Shown here piece after piece: positions 18,711 through 28,262 of a stretch of DNA of 64,000 bases. The position numbers were made by a program, and so were the translations under genes. Under the pieces are notes generated by a model. The model was given only the letters and a program-made list of their open reading frames with translations, was not told the DNA's origin and did no database searches. The DNA is from an uncultured Candidatus Bathyarchaeia archaeon. Its GTDB lineage: Archaea > Thermoproteota > Bathyarchaeia > Bathyarchaeales > Bathycorpusculaceae. Numbering within the stretch: the first letter of the stretch is position 1; each line of letters begins with the position of its first letter. The stretch lies in contig CAYXZM010000031.1 in NCBI GenBank assembly GCA_964469615.1, positions 20,306-84,305 of the forward strand, in the 5' to 3' direction.

Positions 18711-18750
18711 ACATTACACCTTATTAATCACTCAAAATAAGTGTTTTCTC

Positions 18751-19395
18751 TTATAACCCTTCCTTTACCTCATTACCAAGAGCTTTCATAAGAAATTTAA
18801 AGACCGTAAAGCCCGCGCCTCGGTCTGCTCTCAAGCCCGTTGTTGCGCCGAGCAAGCATATGCCCTCTAAGTTGCGTTCTTTTGCAAGTCCCAACATTAG
18901 GCCTGTGGCTCCGACAATTCTCCCTCTACTGTACATTACTGCACCTTTTTCCATAAACTCGAGAGCAAGCCTAGGCGAAGTTGCAGCTATATACACTTGC
19001 GTTTTCTCCTCTGTCATTGGAGCCCCACCAATAGTTACGATGAAGCTGCATCTATTCTTTTCAACAAAATCCAATATTTCGCTGCAGAGCGTATAATGTG
19101 CAATAACATCATCAAAGGAAGGTTGTGTGTCTCCAGTCATTATTATAAAATCGTTTTTCTCCATGGACGCTGCATAAAACTCGTAATGGGGCATATGGCA
19201 AATTCCTTTAGAACTAACAGAAACATAATCTGGAAAAGAAGGCGAATACAATTCAGCAAAAGGTTTAGCTCCACAAAACTTTATCAAAAGATGAACAGCA
19301 ATTTTCCCAACATTACCAAACCCTGGGAGTCCCTGTACAAATATTGGTTTCTCCAATGTAGGCTCGAAAATTTGAATGAACTGTGGCTTATCCAT
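18751..19395 (-). CDS. PAC2-family proteasome assembly chaperone
   Basis: GLPGFGNVGKIAVHLL near the N-terminus and an about 210-aa length match PAC2/ATP-grasp-like chaperones. Confidence 0.7.
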   Translation of the reverse strand: MDKPQFIQIFEPTLEKPIFVQGLPGFGNVGKIAVHLLIKFCGAKPFAELYSPSFPDYVSVSSKGICHMPHYEFYAASMEKNDFIIMTGDTQPSFDDVIAHYTLCSEILDFVEKNRCSFIVTIGGAPMTEEKTQVYIAATSPRLALEFMEKGAVMYSRGRIVGATGLMLGLAKERNLEGICLLGATTGLRADRGAGFTVFKFLMKALGNEVKEGL

Positions 19396-19522
19396 TGTTT
19401 TGCTGCACCAACCACGATAACAATAGCCAAATACAAAAATGTTTTCACAACAATTTAAATAGGTTAATAAGCAATGTATCCTAAAAAGACTTTTAAGAAA
19501 GCCTAGGATTCAGCAATAACAC

Positions 19523-19601
19523 AGCGGGGTGGGGTAGCCAGGATTAACCCGCTGGGCTCATAACCCAGAGATCAGTAGTTCAAATCTACTCCCCGCTACC
19601 A
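19523..19601 (+). tRNA. initiator tRNA-Met (CAT) with genomically encoded CCA
   Basis: AGCGGGG...CCCCGCT gives the A1:U72 pair. The anticodon arm CTGGG-CTCATAA-CCCAG has three G:C pairs next to the loop. T-arm is AGTAG-TTCAAAT-CTACT, and the 3' end is ACCA. Confidence 0.9.
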
Positions 19602-19673
19602 TAAATTCTTGCACATCAAGTACGGTAGATAAGCTGAAAACAAGTTACTATAAAAATTGGAGGAAGTGTTATT

Positions 19674-19916
19674 TTAGCTTATTTTATAGTTTTGTCCTGA
19701 AATGAAGATTTGGGCGCGCTCTTCTTCGTTGTAGATTGTTTCTCCGTTTATTACTAAAATTTCGGCTTCTAATAATGATTTTAATAGCTTTTCTTCAAAT
19801 ATTTTCTGCTGCAGGTTTTCCTTGACTTCTTTTAATATCTTTAATTTTTCGTTATTGGAAATTTCTAGGAGGTTTATAGATTTGTGTTTTTTCCGATTTA
19901 GGGTCATGCTAATCAT
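19674..19916 (-). CDS. hypothetical small coiled-coil protein
   Basis: 80 aa, K/E/L-rich heptad-like sequence with no motif. Coding status is uncertain. Confidence 0.3.
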   Translation of the reverse strand: MISMTLNRKKHKSINLLEISNNEKLKILKEVKENLQQKIFEEKLLKSLLEAEILVINGETIYNEEERAQIFISGQNYKIS

Positions 19917-20118
19917 CTTTAGAAATAAAGTCGTGTATCGTAATAAACCATTCTTTCGGATGTCAAAATATATCAGAAAAAGATATATGTTTTGAGTTAT
20001 TTAAAACCATTTTTTAGATACTTAAAAGCATACACTTAGACTATAGAATTAAATTCCACAAACTTCTTATTCTCAAATGCTCTAACTATTTACTGTCTAT
20101 TTAAGAGAGGAGAGAGAA

Positions 20119-21465
20119 ATGAAAAAAACAGCACTATTAGTGATTATGCTTCTTTCAATGCTCATATTTGCAGTACCCTCAAAGGTGAAAACTGAGACAA
20201 CTTCCATATCGTTGGCATATGATATAACACCTTTCAAAGAAGAATTCATAGATTCGGCGAACCTAGAAGCATTAGGTGAGTCTCTACCACCTGGTCAAAC
20301 ACCGTTCTGGGTCGACATAGTTGACGCAGAATACTATAATGGCGGCGATGGTGTTTATGTAGCAGTCTTAGACACAGGATTACTATCAGCTTGGACAACT
20401 TTCTTCACGGATCCAGTCACTGGCTACACGCCTATAAAATCAGAGTGGGGCAAAGGTTTCACGCATGACGTTTGGTGGAATGGTACTGATTTTGAGTGGG
20501 GTCCGCTTCGAGATGATAGAGGCTTCATTACGAAAGCTTTTGAAGGCTCAGGCCACGGCACACACGTAACAAGCACAATTGTTGGCTATCGCTTCCGTAC
20601 AGCCACAGCAGACTTCTTTGTACGAGGAGTTGCGCCAAAAGCAAAAATAATTCCAGTGCTTGTCTTAGATGCTTGGGAAGTCCCCTATCCAGGAGGAGCC
20701 GCCCGCTTTACCGGCGGCACATGGGAGATGGTCTCAGCAGGCATTCGTTATGTTGCTGATCTAGCCGAAAGCGAGGGCGTCAAAATAATAATCAACATGA
20801 GCCTCGGAGGCTCTAGCCCAAGTTCAATGATAGAAGAAGCCATAAACTATGCGATAAGCAAAGGCGTGATAGTAGTGGCATCCGCAGGTAACACGGGAGA
20901 AGCTGGCATGGGTTGGCCAGGCGCATATCCACAAGTCATATCTGCTGCTGCAGGCGGCTGGACAGAACAATGGATAACAAGGCCACCGCAAACAAGATGG
21001 TGGCTTAATGATGTTCCTGAAAGACTTAACACTAAAGACTATTGGGGAAACAACTGGCAAATGTACCTTGAAGAGTTTAGCTCCAGAGCAAATCCAGATT
21101 TAGGACAATCATGGAAAGACTTAGATGTCTGCACGCCAGGAGCATCAGTAGTCGGACCCTACAAGAGCTATTTCAGCACTACAGTTGGCTACTACTACTT
21201 ATGGGGTACAAGCATGGCGGCGCCACATGTGTCTGGGATTGCAGCGATAGTGGCTGAGCAATATCCAGAACTGAACCAAAATAGAATGGAATGGATTCTG
21301 AAAAAAGCATCTGTGCGACTTCCACTAGCATCAGATGGTGCTTACATACTTGATCCATGGGGCTTCTGGTACTATAAATGGAACGATCATGATTATGGTT
21401 CAGGCTGGTTGCAAGCAGACGAAGCAATCTTCGTTGCCAACGTCCATGCAAACAGATTGAAGTAA
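20119..21465 (+). CDS. secreted subtilisin-like serine protease (S8)
   Basis: Signal peptide, then the catalytic triad in context: VAVLDTGL (Asp), GHGTHVTSTI (His), GTSMAAPHVSG (Ser). Confidence 0.9.
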   Translation: MKKTALLVIMLLSMLIFAVPSKVKTETTSISLAYDITPFKEEFIDSANLEALGESLPPGQTPFWVDIVDAEYYNGGDGVYVAVLDTGLLSAWTTFFTDPVTGYTPIKSEWGKGFTHDVWWNGTDFEWGPLRDDRGFITKAFEGSGHGTHVTSTIVGYRFRTATADFFVRGVAPKAKIIPVLVLDAWEVPYPGGAARFTGGTWEMVSAGIRYVADLAESEGVKIIINMSLGGSSPSSMIEEAINYAISKGVIVVASAGNTGEAGMGWPGAYPQVISAAAGGWTEQWITRPPQTRWWLNDVPERLNTKDYWGNNWQMYLEEFSSRANPDLGQSWKDLDVCTPGASVVGPYKSYFSTTVGYYYLWGTSMAAPHVSGIAAIVAEQYPELNQNRMEWILKKASVRLPLASDGAYILDPWGFWYYKWNDHDYGSGWLQADEAIFVANVHANRLK

Positions 21466-21670
21466 ATTCGAAAGCGTACAAGAAATATATTTCCTCCACT
21501 TTCCCTCTTTTTCTTAAATAAAATTGAGAATTTGCCTAAGATTGAAGCTTTTCATCTACCATTTTTCAGATATGACTAACGTTATAGAAAATCTCCTTTG
21601 TTTAATGAAACAATAAATGATTTAAATCTGATAGGAAAAAGAATTGTAATGTTAAAAAGGTAAGACCGCT

Positions 21671-23191
21671 ATGCATAAAGATGCTGTCGGAAGCACATTA
21701 TTTTCAGTCACCATCAATCCCATTCTCAAATCCTTAATAGGTCTCCTTGACAAAGAATGCCAAAAGGATGGAAACCTGCTTTTAAATTCTTTAAAAGATT
21801 TTTTAGATGAGCCAGTTGCTTTGTGCTCTGCATGCCAGCATATAAATCGCAATTTAGCTAGACCCTTGTATGAAATTGGAAGTCGTGTTCTGCGTGTAGA
21901 TAGAGAATTCATGCGCAGCCAATTTCTGAACAAACAATTTGGGGAGGCATGGCTAAGAGGATTCGGTTTAATGATGAAAGGCGTGGAAAAATATGGTGTG
22001 CGAGTGCCCTTTACTCCTGCAGGACCTTTTGAAATTGTTTGGAATTTTACTTATCAATGTAATTTAAGATGCAAACACTGCTATGAAAATGCCGGCCATA
22101 AGCGCCCAGAATTGTCAACAGATGAAGCCAAACAAGTTTTAGACAAACTTTCGAAAATAGCTGGCATAGGCTTACCTGCCCTATCCTTCAGTGGTGGCGA
22201 ACCGCTTTCAAGAAAAGATTTTTTTGAAATTGCATCTTACGCCAAGAAACGTGTAGGCTATGTAAGCATAGCATCAAACGGAACTCTCATTACCAAAGAT
22301 AATGCAAAGCGAATAAAAGATGCAAGAATAGATTATGTGGAAATAAGTATTGACGGGGCAACGCCACAAGTGCATGATGAGTTTAGGGGTATATCTGGAG
22401 CGTTTGAAAGAGCAATTGAAGGTGTCAGAAACAGTATTGATGAAGGAATAGACACTTGCATAGCAACTGTATTACATAGAGATAACTTGTCTGAACTGAA
22501 TAAGCTCATAGAACTTGCAAAACAATTGAACGTAAGATACATGCATTTCAACTACATTCCTACAGGAAGAGCGTTGGACCATGTTGAATTAGATTTAACT
22601 CCTGACGAGAGGTATCATGTACTTCAAACAATCGGAAAAGAGATAATTGGACTTTATTTACAAGCAAAAGAGGAAGAACTAAAATTTGGAAAGACAACCA
22701 TAAATGTTGACAGATTTTTCAGTACATGCCCTCAATACGCATCAGTGACGAAGGAGCTTTCGCATGCATATGGCGAGAGATTTTTGGTTGAAGCTCACTA
22801 TGCAGCGAAAAAAGGCGTAGAAAACGCTGCAAACTTTTTAGGAGGATGCGGGGCTGGTAGACTTTACTGCTGTCTTGAACCTAATGGAGACATTAAACCA
22901 TGTGTTTTCTTCCCAACAAACAAAGAAACGATTTTGGGTAACATATTGAGAGACAGTTTTGAAGATGTTTGGGACAACCATTTGCTCTTTTGGAAACTTC
23001 GGACAAGAGAAGACCTCGAAGTTTATACGGTGAATGGGAAACAAGTAGGTTGCGGAAACTGCCCAGAAAAGTACATTTGTGGAGGCTGCCGAGCAAGAGC
23101 ATACAGCTACTTTAATGGAAATGTTAATTCACCAGATATAGGATGCATTCACAATAAACCTCTTTGGGAAAAACTAATAAAGAGAAAATAG
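21671..23191 (+). CDS. radical SAM/SPASM-domain enzyme with an about 110-aa N-terminal extension
   Basis: Radical SAM motif CNLRCKHCYE. The C-terminal auxiliary-cluster Cys pattern (CGAGRLYCCLEPNGDIKPC ... CGNCPEKYICGGCRARAY) is typical of SPASM. The N-terminal extension has additional Cys (CQ..., CSACQH). Confidence 0.8.
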   Translation: MHKDAVGSTLFSVTINPILKSLIGLLDKECQKDGNLLLNSLKDFLDEPVALCSACQHINRNLARPLYEIGSRVLRVDREFMRSQFLNKQFGEAWLRGFGLMMKGVEKYGVRVPFTPAGPFEIVWNFTYQCNLRCKHCYENAGHKRPELSTDEAKQVLDKLSKIAGIGLPALSFSGGEPLSRKDFFEIASYAKKRVGYVSIASNGTLITKDNAKRIKDARIDYVEISIDGATPQVHDEFRGISGAFERAIEGVRNSIDEGIDTCIATVLHRDNLSELNKLIELAKQLNVRYMHFNYIPTGRALDHVELDLTPDERYHVLQTIGKEIIGLYLQAKEEELKFGKTTINVDRFFSTCPQYASVTKELSHAYGERFLVEAHYAAKKGVENAANFLGGCGAGRLYCCLEPNGDIKPCVFFPTNKETILGNILRDSFEDVWDNHLLFWKLRTREDLEVYTVNGKQVGCGNCPEKYICGGCRARAYSYFNGNVNSPDIGCIHNKPLWEKLIKRK

Positions 23192-23223
23192 CTGTACAGA
23201 ACTAAGCCTAAGATTTCAAAATG

Positions 23224-23421
23224 CTAAGCTTTCCCTTTTTCCTCTTTGCCGAAGTATGTTGTCCATTTAAGTTTGCGAGCATCTCTCCCAAAGTTCAAAG
23301 AGCTTTTCCTGCATTTGCTTGAACAAAACCACAAGATTGAACCATCATTTCTAACATACATCACGCCTGTGCCGCCTGGAAATTCGTTGCCGCAAAATGA
23401 ACATTTTCTAGGTTTAGGCAA
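23224..23421 (-). CDS. rpl24e: 50S ribosomal protein L24e
   Basis: [40 protein letters not shown] is the canonical L24e zinc-ribbon. Confidence 0.95.
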   Translation of the reverse strand: MPKPRKCSFCGNEFPGGTGVMYVRNDGSILWFCSSKCRKSSLNFGRDARKLKWTTYFGKEEKGKA

Positions 23422-23454
23422 AAATAATCCCCCTGGAAATCATTTGAATTTAAG

Positions 23455-23688
23455 CTATCTAGTGATTTTTTTTGCTTCTCTTTCAGTCTCTCTAAGCATC
23501 AAAACATCTTGAACACGGATAGGTCCCTTAACATTTCTTGTTATTATTCGACCTTTATCTCTTCCCTCTAAAATGCGTACTCTAACTTGTATGATTTCAC
23601 CAGTTACACCAGTATGCCCTATAATTTGAATTACTTCTGCAGGAGTAAGTTCCTCTCTTGCTGCCTCTTTTTCTTCTTTGCTCATCAC
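23455..23688 (-). CDS. rps28e: 30S ribosomal protein S28e
   Basis: [57 protein letters not shown]. Confidence 0.95.
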   Translation of the reverse strand: MMSKEEKEAAREELTPAEVIQIIGHTGVTGEIIQVRVRILEGRDKGRIITRNVKGPIRVQDVLMLRETEREAKKITR

Positions 23689-24074
23689 TTTGTTCCTCTT
23701 TTCAATTGCTCAATTCTGGCGATTATCTCTTTGATTAATCCTGCTGCATCTCCTTCTTTTGCTATGCATACAGAGGCTGCTGGAACATCGATGCCTACGG
23801 CGTTGCCTATTTTTTCTTTACTTGGGACGAATACATATGGGATTTTTCTTTCCTCGCATAAGAGTGGCAAATGGGCTACAACTTCTGGGGGATCAACATC
23901 TTCTGCTATAATGACCAGTTTTGCTTGACCTCTTTCGACAGCTTTAGTTGTTTCATTTGTGCCTTTTCTAACTGTCCCTGTTTTTGCTGCTATCTGCAGG
24001 GCTTCATAGGCTGCGTCTGTGATTTCTTTTGAGACCTCAAATTTTACATAAAATGGTTTGGACATTAGCCTCAC
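23685..24074 (-). CDS. rpl7ae: 50S ribosomal protein L7Ae (K-turn binding)
   Basis: [46 protein letters not shown]. Sits in the conserved L7Ae-S28e-L24e gene order. Confidence 0.95.
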   Translation of the reverse strand: MRLMSKPFYVKFEVSKEITDAAYEALQIAAKTGTVRKGTNETTKAVERGQAKLVIIAEDVDPPEVVAHLPLLCEERKIPYVFVPSKEKIGNAVGIDVPAASVCIAKEGDAAGLIKEIIARIEQLKRGTK

Positions 24075-24590
24075 CCATCAAATGCACAGTTTTATCAACA
24101 TTACTTGTTTATGAAGGTTTCGTCTCTGCTTATGTGAAGTTTGTTTTTGATTGTTGTGTGTATATTGTTTCTAGCTCCTATATTTAAAATCAAATATGTT
24201 TGGCTAGTCATTTAGGTATTAAGAATAGAGTATGTAAGAGATATTGCAGACTTGATGCGGGGTCCCAATCTCATTATTATAAGCGCCATCTAGAAGCGAC
24301 CAAATATTTCTGTTTTTTAGTGTTTTTTCTAAATAATAGCTAATTCGATTTCGGCACATCCTCTTGTGCTTCAATTAGTTAAAACGCCTCGTTTTTTACC
24401 TATAGTTTGTTATGTTGGTATGGATAAATAGGATTCAGACTAAAATAAGGCTCTAAAAGTCTTCTCAATAAAACGATAATAATCTTGTAGCAAATAACTT
24501 TATATACTGTTCTCTTCGTTTTTGTTGCCCAGTTTCGTTGAATACGCATCTTTTAAAAAATAGTTCTCGAAGATAACTATCTTACTTATG

Positions 24591-24785
24591 TTACCTATTT
24601 ATTGTGGTTAAGACTTTAACTTGCTTAGCTTTTCTTTGCATTTTTGCAGTTTTTATTTTCGCTTTATCCAGAATGTTTCTTGCAGCCTTTTTTGCGTCAA
24701 TCCTTGTTTGATACTCTCCTTGCAATTCAATCCATGGCAATGTTTCATCAATCTTTATCCATACTGCATACAAATTTGTCACCAT
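24591..24785 (-). CDS. hypothetical small basic protein
   Basis: 64-aa ORF in an otherwise non-coding stretch with no motif. Coding status is uncertain. Confidence 0.3.
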   Translation of the reverse strand: MVTNLYAVWIKIDETLPWIELQGEYQTRIDAKKAARNILDKAKIKTAKMQRKAKQVKVLTTINR

Positions 24786-25173
24786 TTTTCAATCGGAGTT
24801 TAAGTTCAAGTTATTAAAACGGTTATGAATTCTGAATATGAATTTGCCAAAATTTTGCTTGGAAACCTATTTAAGCAGTTTTGTATCACTCTTTACGATT
24901 TAGGAGTAAATACCTAATAAAAGTTACGAGCTCGCATAGAAGAGCTCTGTTGAAGGGGTGCCTATGGATGAATGGAGACGATGGAAGTGTAGAAGGCGAA
25001 TGCGATGAAGTCAACCAACAGCCTACACCATATTGCCAAAAATACTCTGCAATCAACAATAGCATTAGTAACACCAATCTCTTCTGCTACTTTTAAGACA
25101 GACATGCTAAAAACTCGTTATAAGATATTCTCTTCGCAATGTCTATTCCCTTTTAAAAGGAGGTAATGCGCCT

Positions 25174-26382
25174 ATGACAACAGCCCTAAATCTGGACACC
25201 TTCTCAAAATCACTCAAAGAAACCATGATTGCGTTTTCTTTTAATATCGGCGGATTACTTGCTGGCTTCATAATTGCCTCGCAACTAGGCGTCTTTAGCC
25301 TTTCACCTTGGACAATAGCATTATATCCAGCTATAGTAAGCGCAAAAGGCGTTATAGGCGGCTTGCTTAGCGGACGCCTAAGCACAGCTTTACACATCGG
25401 CACTATTCATCCGAGATTTGCCAAGAACACATCAAGCTTCTATCAGTTATGCGAAGCTATAGTAGTCGTAACGTTCGCAACCAGTGTAGTAATGAGTCTA
25501 TTTTCTATGGTTTTTGGTCTTCTTTTTTGGGGAATATTCCTTGTGGACTTTCCTTCAATTCTAGTTGTTATTATGTCAACAATGACTTTAGGGCTGTCCA
25601 TCACCATGATTAACATTAGCGTAGCATTCACTACTTTTAAGAAAGGACTAGACCCTGATGTTATTGTCTACCCTATAATGTCTAGCGTGGCCGATATAAT
25701 CATAACATTTTACTATGCTTTAGTGCTTAACCTATTCTTTTTCTTCAACTTCGGCGTTCACACACTTGTGGCTATTTGTCTGATACATATTTTTCTACTA
25801 ATTCACATTGTAACCCACAACACTCACGAGAAGGAATTCGTCAAAACCATAAGAGAATCAATATTAACAATGTTTTTTGTGGCTTTTGTTGTCAATATTA
25901 CTGGAACCGTTATGAAAAGAATAAGCTTGCTTATTGAAGAAAGGAGAGAGATCTATACGGTTTACCCTGCACTGATTGACATGATGGGTGACGTAGGCTC
26001 TATTGTCGGCTCTACTACCACCACAAAACTTGCTTTAGGTCTACTTAAGCCAACTTTCTCCTCTCTTTGGAATCATTCAATACAAATTTTTTCCGTTTGG
26101 TTTGCCTCCATAATCTATTTCGTTCTTTTCGGCTTTTTGTCGCTATTCATAAACGGTATATTTTCGCCATTCAAGTTTCTTTCCCTTGTTTCTGTATTGT
26201 TGATGGCAAACATAATCGCCTTAACCGTGATAATCTTAATTTCCTATGGCATTTCTATTCAAACCTTCAAAAGAGGCTTAGACCCAGACAATTTTGTAAT
26301 CCCTATTATAAGCTCCTTTGCTGACAGTATGACAACAATCGCTTTATTTGTTGCATTGACTTTAGCAGGCTTATTAGCATAG
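25174..26382 (+). CDS. MgtE-family divalent-cation transporter with duplicated TM module and no cytosolic N/CBS domains
   Basis: Two copies of the MgtE membrane-domain signature: KKGLDPDVIVYPIMSSVADIIITF and KRGLDPDNFVIPIISSFADSMTTI. The whole protein is hydrophobic. Confidence 0.8.
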   Translation: MTTALNLDTFSKSLKETMIAFSFNIGGLLAGFIIASQLGVFSLSPWTIALYPAIVSAKGVIGGLLSGRLSTALHIGTIHPRFAKNTSSFYQLCEAIVVVTFATSVVMSLFSMVFGLLFWGIFLVDFPSILVVIMSTMTLGLSITMINISVAFTTFKKGLDPDVIVYPIMSSVADIIITFYYALVLNLFFFFNFGVHTLVAICLIHIFLLIHIVTHNTHEKEFVKTIRESILTMFFVAFVVNITGTVMKRISLLIEERREIYTVYPALIDMMGDVGSIVGSTTTTKLALGLLKPTFSSLWNHSIQIFSVWFASIIYFVLFGFLSLFINGIFSPFKFLSLVSVLLMANIIALTVIILISYGISIQTFKRGLDPDNFVIPIISSFADSMTTIALFVALTLAGLLA

Positions 26383-26437
26383 GATAGGGTTAAAATATTT
26401 CTTACTCTATATTCTCCCTCGGAGAGAAATTCCTAAA

Positions 26438-27049
26438 ATGCATCTTCGTTTCGAAAAAATAGAATATAAGCCTATACCCGTTAGAGAACTGCTATTGGAG
26501 ATAAAGAATCTTTCCGAGCTAATGATAGACCTAGCTTATTCAGCTGCTTTGTTCAATGATAAAGAACTTGCTGAAGATATTTTGGAACTTGAAATTCGCG
26601 TGGACACATTAGCGTATCTTCTGGAACTTGAGATTCTGGTGGCTGCTAGAGATGTTGAGGATGCTCAAGCATTAACAGGAGTTTCTCAAGTAGCGTCTGC
26701 TGCTGACAAAATCTCAGATGCCGCTGCAGACATCGCAGCGATAGTTACGCAAAACATTGGTGTACACCCAATCGTAAGCGAAATTTTCGAGAAAGTTGAG
26801 GAGCGTCTAACACGAGCTAAAGTTAGTGAGACTTCAATACTTGTTGACAAAAGCATAGGTGAACTTGATCTAGTAGCAAGAATGGGCGTTGACATAATTG
26901 CTATTCGCCGAAATAAAGACTGGATAATAAATCCAAAAGAAATGGAACAGATTAAAGGCAATGATTGCCTTATTGCTCGTGGGGCATCTCTAGGTATTAA
27001 AAAATTTAAAGAACTTTCTGAGGGGAAGAAGCAGAAACTGGAGGATTAG
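26438..27049 (+). CDS. PhoU-like helical domain plus TrkA-C (RCK_C) domain regulatory protein
   Basis: N-terminal helical repeat (MIDLAYSAALFNDKELAEDILELE...ADKISDAAADIA). The C-terminal beta domain ...GELDLVARMGVDIIAIRRNKDWIINPKEMEQIKGNDCLIARG is typical of RCK_C. Confidence 0.7.
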   Translation: MHLRFEKIEYKPIPVRELLLEIKNLSELMIDLAYSAALFNDKELAEDILELEIRVDTLAYLLELEILVAARDVEDAQALTGVSQVASAADKISDAAADIAAIVTQNIGVHPIVSEIFEKVEERLTRAKVSETSILVDKSIGELDLVARMGVDIIAIRRNKDWIINPKEMEQIKGNDCLIARGASLGIKKFKELSEGKKQKLED

Positions 27050-27050
27050 A

Positions 27051-27629
27051 ATGACACAGAAACAACAGACACGATTTGAAGAAATTGTTCAACGATTTGT
27101 CGAGCTTAAAGATACTTCTGAGCTAATGATGGACTTGGCTTACTCTTCATTATTGTTGAATAGTAAAGAATTAGCCGAAGAAGTGCAAAAACTTGAGGAA
27201 TATATGGATAAAGCACATACAAATTTTGAATTACAAGTCTTATCAAGCAAATTTAAGAAAGAGGAAGCCAAAGGTTTCCTTGGATTAATAAGGTTGGGTG
27301 TAGTAACAGAAAAAATAGCAGATGCCGCAGCCGAAATAGCTGAAGTAGTTTTAAGAGGGATAGAACCCCATCCAGTATTGAAACTTGCTATAAAAGAAGC
27401 TGAAGAAACTGTTACTTATGTGCATGTAACTAAAAATTCTCCATTGGCAAATAAGACCCTTCGTGAGGTTCGAATTCCTGAAGAGACAGGCATGTGGGTT
27501 CTCGCCATAAGAAGAGACGGCAAATGTGTAAGACCTAAACCCGAATCAAAGATTGAAGTGGGTGACGTTTTAATTGCTTCTGGTTATGCAGAGGGGGAAG
27601 AGGACCTTAAGAAATTAGCGTCTCCATAA
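27051..27629 (+). CDS. PhoU-like plus TrkA-C (RCK_C) regulatory protein, paralogue of the preceding gene
   Basis: Same architecture (MMDLAYSSLLLNSKELAEEVQKLE ... REVRIPEETGMWVLAIRRDGKCVRPKPESKIEVGDVLIASG). Its start is 1 nt after the upstream stop. Confidence 0.7.
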   Translation: MTQKQQTRFEEIVQRFVELKDTSELMMDLAYSSLLLNSKELAEEVQKLEEYMDKAHTNFELQVLSSKFKKEEAKGFLGLIRLGVVTEKIADAAAEIAEVVLRGIEPHPVLKLAIKEAEETVTYVHVTKNSPLANKTLREVRIPEETGMWVLAIRRDGKCVRPKPESKIEVGDVLIASGYAEGEEDLKKLASP

Positions 27630-27726
27630 TTTTGTTCATTGTGTTTGTCTTTACTTAGGATACTTATTTTAGATTCATTAACACTATAAACTCGGAATCC
27701 GATTTTATAGAGAAGGAGGGTTAACT

Positions 27727-28128
27727 ATCGCAAAAAAGAAAGAGGCAACAACAGAAGGTCAGACTTTTACGTGTTCTAACCCATCTTGTGGAAGAGTTTT
27801 CCCTACTCCAGTAAAAGCCAAAAATTTAGCTTTAAAAAATGCAGCATCTTATGATGCTTGTCCGTACTGCTTGACTGAAATCGTGCTAGAAGAAAAAGCA
27901 TCCACAGAGATGAAGAGGGAGCAAAAATTAGAGATAAGAGAAATAGAAATCAAAGAATCAAGTGTTCTTAATATCGCGGATAAATCGGCTCAAATAAACA
28001 CTAAGACGCAGAAATGCGTGCATCACTTTGGATATTTAAGTACACGGTCATCTAAGGAGAAGATACCAGAAGAATGTATGATGTGCGAAAACATAGTGCA
28101 ATGTATGCTTAGAAACGTAACTGGTTAA
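27727..28128 (+). CDS. zinc-ribbon protein with C-terminal CxHxFGYL...C-x2-C-x5-C motif; start codon uncertain (no canonical start before the first ribbon)
   Basis: The frame is open from 27691. It encodes TFTCSNPSCGRVF...ACPYC (four-Cys ribbon) and later KCVHHFGYLSTRSSKEKIPEECMMCENIVQC. GGAGGG at 27714-27719 is followed by ATC at 27727. The first ATG/GTG/TTG in frame is TTG 27871, which would cut off the ribbon. Confidence 0.55.
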   Translation: MAKKKEATTEGQTFTCSNPSCGRVFPTPVKAKNLALKNAASYDACPYCLTEIVLEEKASTEMKREQKLEIREIEIKESSVLNIADKSAQINTKTQKCVHHFGYLSTRSSKEKIPEECMMCENIVQCMLRNVTG

Positions 28129-28262
28129 GTTGGTCATCTATGATACGCACATGCCTTTTTAATCTTTCAGAGGCGCTTCCAGAGATTGGATAGGAGACAA
28201 TGTAGTTGTCAACAACTTTGCAAAAGAGACCACCAAGCGCAATTACTTCAGCTACTTCACAA

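Noticed and set aside
24962-25105. 47-codon minus-strand ORF starting MSVLKVAEEIGVTNAIVDC, reminiscent of a transposase/resolvase HTH, as a possible mobile-element remnant
   Set aside because: Only about 17 residues look HTH-like and the rest is hydrophobic nonsense. There are no flanking inverted repeats, no transposase or integrase body in any frame, and the overlapping track ORFs (24881-25096, 24886-25077) are equally unconvincing.
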